Assembly (NCBI GenBank): GCA_023381415.1
Contig: JAMCUN010000009.1
Location: 26,616-90,615, forward strand
Source: Thermoplasmatota archaeon
GTDB taxonomy: Archaea > Thermoplasmatota > Thermoplasmata > Thermoplasmatales > GCA-001856825
Direction: 5' to 3'
DNA length: 64,000 nt
Shown here: one piece after another, positions 59,491 through 64,000 of the stretch
How the letters are laid out: each line of letters begins with the position of its first letter
Numbering within the stretch: the first letter of the stretch is position 1
Position numbers and translations under genes: made by a program
Notes under the pieces: generated by a model
The model's input: only the letters and a program-made list of their open reading frames with translations
Told to the model about the DNA's origin: nothing
The model's database searches: none

Positions 59491-60642
59491 TCAGGGGTGC
59501 TTCGTACTTCTAAGCGTTTCTGCGATTATTGAAACCCCTTTCTCGACTATTTGCGCAGGGGCGGTCACAGGAGGGGTTATCTTTAAAACATTGTTGTTTG
59601 CGCCTGTAAGGGTGCATACAACGCCTCCCTTCGCAGCCTTATCCCTCACTTCAAGAGCGTACTTTGGATCAGGCCTGCCTCGTGAATCCACTAGCTCCAC
59701 TCCTATCATGAACCCTCTCCCCCGGACCTCTAGAATGTTCCCACTTTCGATTTCCCTCAGGGAATCGATTATCTGCCTGCTCATTTCATTCACGTAGCGC
59801 AGCCTCTCCTCTGTTATCTTAGAGAGCACCTTTAACGCAACCCTTGCGGTGAACATCGTGGCTGCCTGCATGCTCACCAGATTGTTCTTGTAGAGAGGGT
59901 ATTCATCGCTGTAAAGGACAGCGCCCAGAGGAAAGCCGGCTCCTAGTGCCTTCCCTAGACAGAGGTAATCAGGCTTGAACCCATACCTCTTGAACAGGAA
60001 CATCTCCCCAGATCTTCCTAGCGCAGTATATACCTCATCCACTATCAGTTTCATTCCGAATTCATTGATCGTCTCCTTAACGTATCTTGCGAAGCTGTCT
60101 GTCATCACATTGATGCCACCATCTGACTGTATCAGCTCCGTTATCATGGCACTACCCCTTAAATCGAAACGTCTCGATGCCTTTTTCAGGATCCTGTCAT
60201 TTGCGTCTATCGCCCCTTCTTCACTCAGTTCTGTATTAGGGAACCTGAGGTGGACAATCTTGTTGGATAAGTCAATTCCATTTCCATTTGAAACCAGGTT
60301 TGTTATATAATCAAGTCCGTGGTATGCCCCCTCGAACGATATGTATGGCCTGCCGTAATTCATCTGTAAAGCGGAGTCACATGCCTCCGTTCCTGATGTT
60401 GAGAAAGCAACGTTATCAAATCCGGATATGGAGGTGAGCCTCTTTATGAGCCTTTCTGTGTATTCGTTCCTATATATAAGGTAGGTCAGGGGCGAGATGA
60501 GTTCGTCTGGACGGACGAAGTTGTGCCCGACTGCCATGGCTGCCCCTGAGAAGTCGATGTATTCCTTTCTTCCGATCTTTACTATGAACCGTCCAGTGGA
60601 GCTCACCCTGCCCCTCAGCTGCTTGAATTCAGGGGTTACCAT
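59491..60642 (-). CDS. class III PLP enzyme (aminotransferase or amino-acid racemase)
   Basis: YIDF.....VGH, SGTEA.D, AYHG, ELIQSDGG, DEV..ALGRSG, GKALGAG.P, VRGRG.MIG.E, LKI.PP. Confidence 0.88.
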   Translation of the reverse strand: MVTPEFKQLRGRVSSTGRFIVKIGRKEYIDFSGAAMAVGHNFVRPDELISPLTYLIYRNEYTERLIKRLTSISGFDNVAFSTSGTEACDSALQMNYGRPYISFEGAYHGLDYITNLVSNGNGIDLSNKIVHLRFPNTELSEEGAIDANDRILKKASRRFDLRGSAMITELIQSDGGINVMTDSFARYVKETINEFGMKLIVDEVYTALGRSGEMFLFKRYGFKPDYLCLGKALGAGFPLGAVLYSDEYPLYKNNLVSMQAATMFTARVALKVLSKITEERLRYVNEMSRQIIDSLREIESGNILEVRGRGFMIGVELVDSRGRPDPKYALEVRDKAAKGGVVCTLTGANNNVLKITPPVTAPAQIVEKGVSIIAETLRSTKHP

Positions 60643-60657
60643 CCTCTATTCTATCCC

Positions 60658-62103
60658 CTACTTCATCAGTTCCTCGACACTTTCCACCTTCGTGTGGCCT
60701 CTCCTGAGGTATATGATAATGATGCTCAGTATTATCCAGACCACAATCATGAAGTCAGCTACTAGCAGCGGGCCTGAGAGCCCTGCGAGGGAGTAGTAGA
60801 TCGCTATTGCCATTATCACAGATGCGATTGCCGGTCCCACTATGTGGAATGGAATGTTGATCTTCTCCTTTGTCCTGCGAAGGAACAGTGCGAGAGATTG
60901 GTTCGTGAATATGTGGTATAGAAGCGTGAACACCGTAATTGCGGTGAACCATGCCGAGAACCCGTAGAATAACCCGTTTGCAACTCCCAATGCTGCGACG
61001 AACCCAGCGATGGTCGCTATTACTCCCACGAAAAGTGCTACGAATAGCCAGATTGTGGCAATATGTGGACTCTGGTACTTCTTGTGCACTTTTGCTAGGC
61101 TTGATGGAAGTACTCCATCCCTTGCCAAGGCAAATATCGTCCTAGCACCGCTGTTGCCGAATATCACAGGGGATGCTATCTGGGCAAAGACCACTATCAC
61201 CAACGCAAGGAAGGCAACGTCTATACCCATGTACTGCTGGGAAAGATATATTCCTGGGGCAAAGGAAGAAACGACAGTGCTGAAATTGGAACCGGACGAG
61301 GCGACTATCGCATAGACCACAAAAGTGTCAAAGGCAACCATTATGAGGAGGGCTGTCACGATTGCCTTCTTCAGGCTTCTCTTCGCAAGATGAGCTTCCT
61401 CACCGAGGGACACAACTGAACCATATCCGCCATAAGCAAGGAATGCACCGACGACCATCGCGAGGAAGAATCCGTAGAGACCGTTCGTTGAGTTGGCTAT
61501 GTTGAACGCCGCGAGGCTGTGATGACCGCTGAGCCCAAGCAATGCAGATGCGACTATGACGAAGAACACTATCTGCACAAGACCGATGAACATTGCAGTT
61601 CTGGTGGCAACCTTGATCCCGAAATATCCCACAATGAGGTACAGCACCGGAACGATGAGGCTGAGCAGAACAACTGCATAGAATGGTAGAGTGTAGTTGA
61701 ACAGCGCTATCAGGCTGACGTAGACGAACCATCCTACGACGATGCTTGCACCGACTATATCCCCCACTACCCAGAATAGGTGCCAGAAACCGACGCTCTT
61801 TGAAATGTACTTATTTCCCGTTCCTGCCTCTACAAATTTGAAGTATCCTCCCGCGTTTGCTATCTTCTCGCTGAAAACATAAACAGCTATTATCGCAAGA
61901 AACAGTGTCGCACCGGCTATCAGGAACGCCAGAGGCGCCGTCACCCCTCCAAATACCATTGCCGTAACACCCGTGACGGCAAAGGCACCTGCGGGGAAGA
62001 TAATGGAAACAGCATAGAATACCAACCCCCAGAATCTGACAGCATCTTTCTTCAAGCCAGGAGACGTCTGAGCTCCACTCGAACTGTTGTTAGTCATTTT
62101 CAT
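60658..62103 (-). CDS. APC family permease
   Basis: LKK..V.F, I.PAG, NAGGYF.FV, Y.GY..V..LGEE, R..FA.ARDG.LP; about 12 TM. Confidence 0.9.
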   Translation of the reverse strand: MKMTNNSSSGAQTSPGLKKDAVRFWGLVFYAVSIIFPAGAFAVTGVTAMVFGGVTAPLAFLIAGATLFLAIIAVYVFSEKIANAGGYFKFVEAGTGNKYISKSVGFWHLFWVVGDIVGASIVVGWFVYVSLIALFNYTLPFYAVVLLSLIVPVLYLIVGYFGIKVATRTAMFIGLVQIVFFVIVASALLGLSGHHSLAAFNIANSTNGLYGFFLAMVVGAFLAYGGYGSVVSLGEEAHLAKRSLKKAIVTALLIMVAFDTFVVYAIVASSGSNFSTVVSSFAPGIYLSQQYMGIDVAFLALVIVVFAQIASPVIFGNSGARTIFALARDGVLPSSLAKVHKKYQSPHIATIWLFVALFVGVIATIAGFVAALGVANGLFYGFSAWFTAITVFTLLYHIFTNQSLALFLRRTKEKINIPFHIVGPAIASVIMAIAIYYSLAGLSGPLLVADFMIVVWIILSIIIIYLRRGHTKVESVEELMK

Positions 62104-62423
62104 CTCCAAATGTGGACAAAGTGTATTTAATATTAAACATTTGCAATATCTTTCAGATCAACTCCTATTTCCCAAGAAAATAGTTAATAATTGCACGTAG
62201 AGACTCAACTTCTCGTCAACACTTTCACTGCATAAGTCTCTTAGGACCGTATTCTCACCTGACTCGAAATGGTGAAGCCATTTGCAAGAGTATTCCCCCT
62301 ATTTAAACTGCTACCCTGATGCAGTCCCCTTTCCATGAAAAATGTCCCGATCCTGGGCAAGAAATTTAAATTAACTTCGCCTATATCTACAGAACTTCTA
62401 ATGAAGTTCTGAAGGGAAAAATT

Positions 62424-63542
62424 ATGACTGTACTGAATGAAAAGGTCGTTGATCTGAATGTCCAGGTTGGAGACCTCAAGATACAAAAGGCCAAAGTTTA
62501 CCACATCAAGCTCCCTCTGACTGAACCCTTCAAGATTTCCCTGGGAACTCAGTACGACTACTCAGGGACGGTAGTTGAACTTGATTCTGGGGAGATTGAA
62601 GGTTATGGAGAGGGTTCCACTATAGAAGAGATCACGGGTGAAGTGCCTGCCGGTGTTTTCGAGACTGCTCTCCATATATTGAATCGCCTGAAGGATAGGA
62701 AGTACTCTGGAATAGAGGAACTCTTGGAAGATGTCTATAAGTCCGTATATGCGAATCCAACAGCCAAGGATGCCGTAGATACAGCCATTCACGACATCGT
62801 ATCCAAGCACTACGGCATCCACCTGACAAGACTCCTGGGGGGAGGCCCGAAGGAGATGCAGACAAGCCTGACCATTGGGCTGGGAACTGTAAAGGAGAAT
62901 TTGCAATCGCTGGAGAGACTGAAGAGATTGAAGAGCAAGGTAATCAAGGTAAAGGTTGGAAAGAATGCAGATGAGGATATTGAAAGGATAAAAGCGATCT
63001 CAGAACATCTTGAAGGTATGGAGTTTTACGTTGACGCGAACCAGGGGTACAAACTGGGGGATGCAATGAAAGTTGCAAATGTACTGGGTGATTCCGGAGC
63101 GCTCTTCTTTGAACAGCCACTGGATAGGCATGCACTGCAGGACCTCCGTGCCTTGAGGAGACAGAGTGGCATCCCAATTATGCTGGATGAATCAATAAGC
63201 GAGCCTTTGGACGTGATAGACGCAATTCTTTCAGAAAGCGCAGACCTGGTTAACGTGAAGCTCACCAAGAGCGGCGGGATAAGGAAGGCGTTCAAGACTC
63301 TGATTACCGCACAATCCTACGGCATTGATTCAATGGTTGGATGCATGATTGAGAGCAAGGTTGGAATCGCTGCTTCACTTGCGGTTGCATCTTCTCTATC
63401 AAATGTCAAATACACAGATCTGGATGGATTTCATTCAATCAAGATACAGCCTTTTGACGGTGGGTTGGAATATAGGTCTGGAATAAACATACCCGTCTCG
63501 AAACCAGGACTTGCCTGTGCACCAATTAGGAAGAACTGGTGA
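62424..63542 (+). CDS. L-Ala-D/L-Glu (dipeptide) epimerase, enolase superfamily
   Basis: PF.IS.G, KVK, DANQG, EQP, LDES, NVKL.K.GG, MVGCM.ES, DLD. Confidence 0.88.
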   Translation: MTVLNEKVVDLNVQVGDLKIQKAKVYHIKLPLTEPFKISLGTQYDYSGTVVELDSGEIEGYGEGSTIEEITGEVPAGVFETALHILNRLKDRKYSGIEELLEDVYKSVYANPTAKDAVDTAIHDIVSKHYGIHLTRLLGGGPKEMQTSLTIGLGTVKENLQSLERLKRLKSKVIKVKVGKNADEDIERIKAISEHLEGMEFYVDANQGYKLGDAMKVANVLGDSGALFFEQPLDRHALQDLRALRRQSGIPIMLDESISEPLDVIDAILSESADLVNVKLTKSGGIRKAFKTLITAQSYGIDSMVGCMIESKVGIAASLAVASSLSNVKYTDLDGFHSIKIQPFDGGLEYRSGINIPVSKPGLACAPIRKNW

Positions 63543-63674
63543 TCCTTCTCGAAGTTGCCTCTTCAAATACAGTCTGTATAGAAAACAAGACAGAATGATT
63601 CAAATGTCTAAATCGGACACCTACATTTCGGTTTCTACTCTCCGGATACATTCCATACAACTTTTGGTAAAATA

Positions 63675-63748
63675 TAGCGGGGGATGGATTTGAACCATCG
63701 GTCTACGGGTTATGAGCCCGTCGGGATACCTGGCTACCCCACCCCGCT
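63675..63748 (-). tRNA. initiator tRNA-Met(CAT)
   Basis: AGCGGGG...CCCCGCT-A with A1:U72; ACGGG-CTCATAA-CCCGT with three consecutive G:C pairs. Confidence 0.95.
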
Positions 63749-64000
63749 TCGAGTTGCAGATGTCGGTACCTTATTTATGTTTTTGTGAGACATTTGCTGG
63801 GTTTGATGGAAACACATTCACTTCATCTAACGGAACCATCTCTATTGAGGAGAAAAACTGAAGCTACCAGTACCATCTGCAGATAGTAAATTAGTACAAT
63901 TTTTCCTTACATTCCTAGGGAGTCATGGTAAACGGAAATCACACAAGCAATTCTATTGCATGGAGCATTGCCATTTATCCAATCCTGGTTGCACAGGACT

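Noticed and set aside
644..63693. Numerous short antisense or nested ORFs in the track
   Set aside because: Shadow frames of well-supported genes, typically Ser/Phe/Leu/Pro-rich
1..64000. Genome-wide TAG recoding
   Set aside because: Many full-length genes end in TAG (xpb, rpoK, rpoD, ADH, ALDH, GGGPS, lipB, amrS, OFOR beta); I found only one internal TAG
1..64000. CRISPR arrays, IS elements, integrases and att repeats
   Set aside because: No periodic repeat-spacer pattern, no transposase or recombinase motifs, and no duplicated tRNA 3' ends seen by eye

Overview
64 kb of archaeal chromosome, most likely a Thermoplasmatales-like (Thermoplasmata) heterotroph. Evidence: XPB-Bax1, Nop5, Rpo3/Rpo6, archaeal rps13-rps4-rps11, SRP54, Sec61beta, GGGP/DGGGP synthases, Trm1, archaeal tRNA-Leu(GAG) and initiator tRNA-Met, and many apparently leaderless genes with a TATA box about 25 nt upstream. 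Most of the window is ordinary housekeeping and metabolism. I found no CRISPR array, transposase, integrase or rRNA. The stretch from about 2.8 to 14.8 kb, downstream of tRNA-Leu, looks accessory. Best leads: (1) an atypical arsenic locus (Cys-rich degenerate DJ-1/PfpI-like ORF, acr3, arsR, then two paralogous 2x[4Fe-4S] ferredoxins) with shared operator half-sites and no arsC; the second ferredoxin has an in-frame TAG; (2) two candidate D-amino-acid salvage modules: APC permease + class-III PLP enzyme with the racemase-type 'QSDGG' Asp + Ala-Glu epimerase, and OSBS/NSAR + M20 hydrolase; (3) a box C/D-like motif over the nop5 start codon; (4) an unlisted 48-aa amphipathic protein and several gene remnants. 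All assignments are by eye from motifs; no database searches were run.
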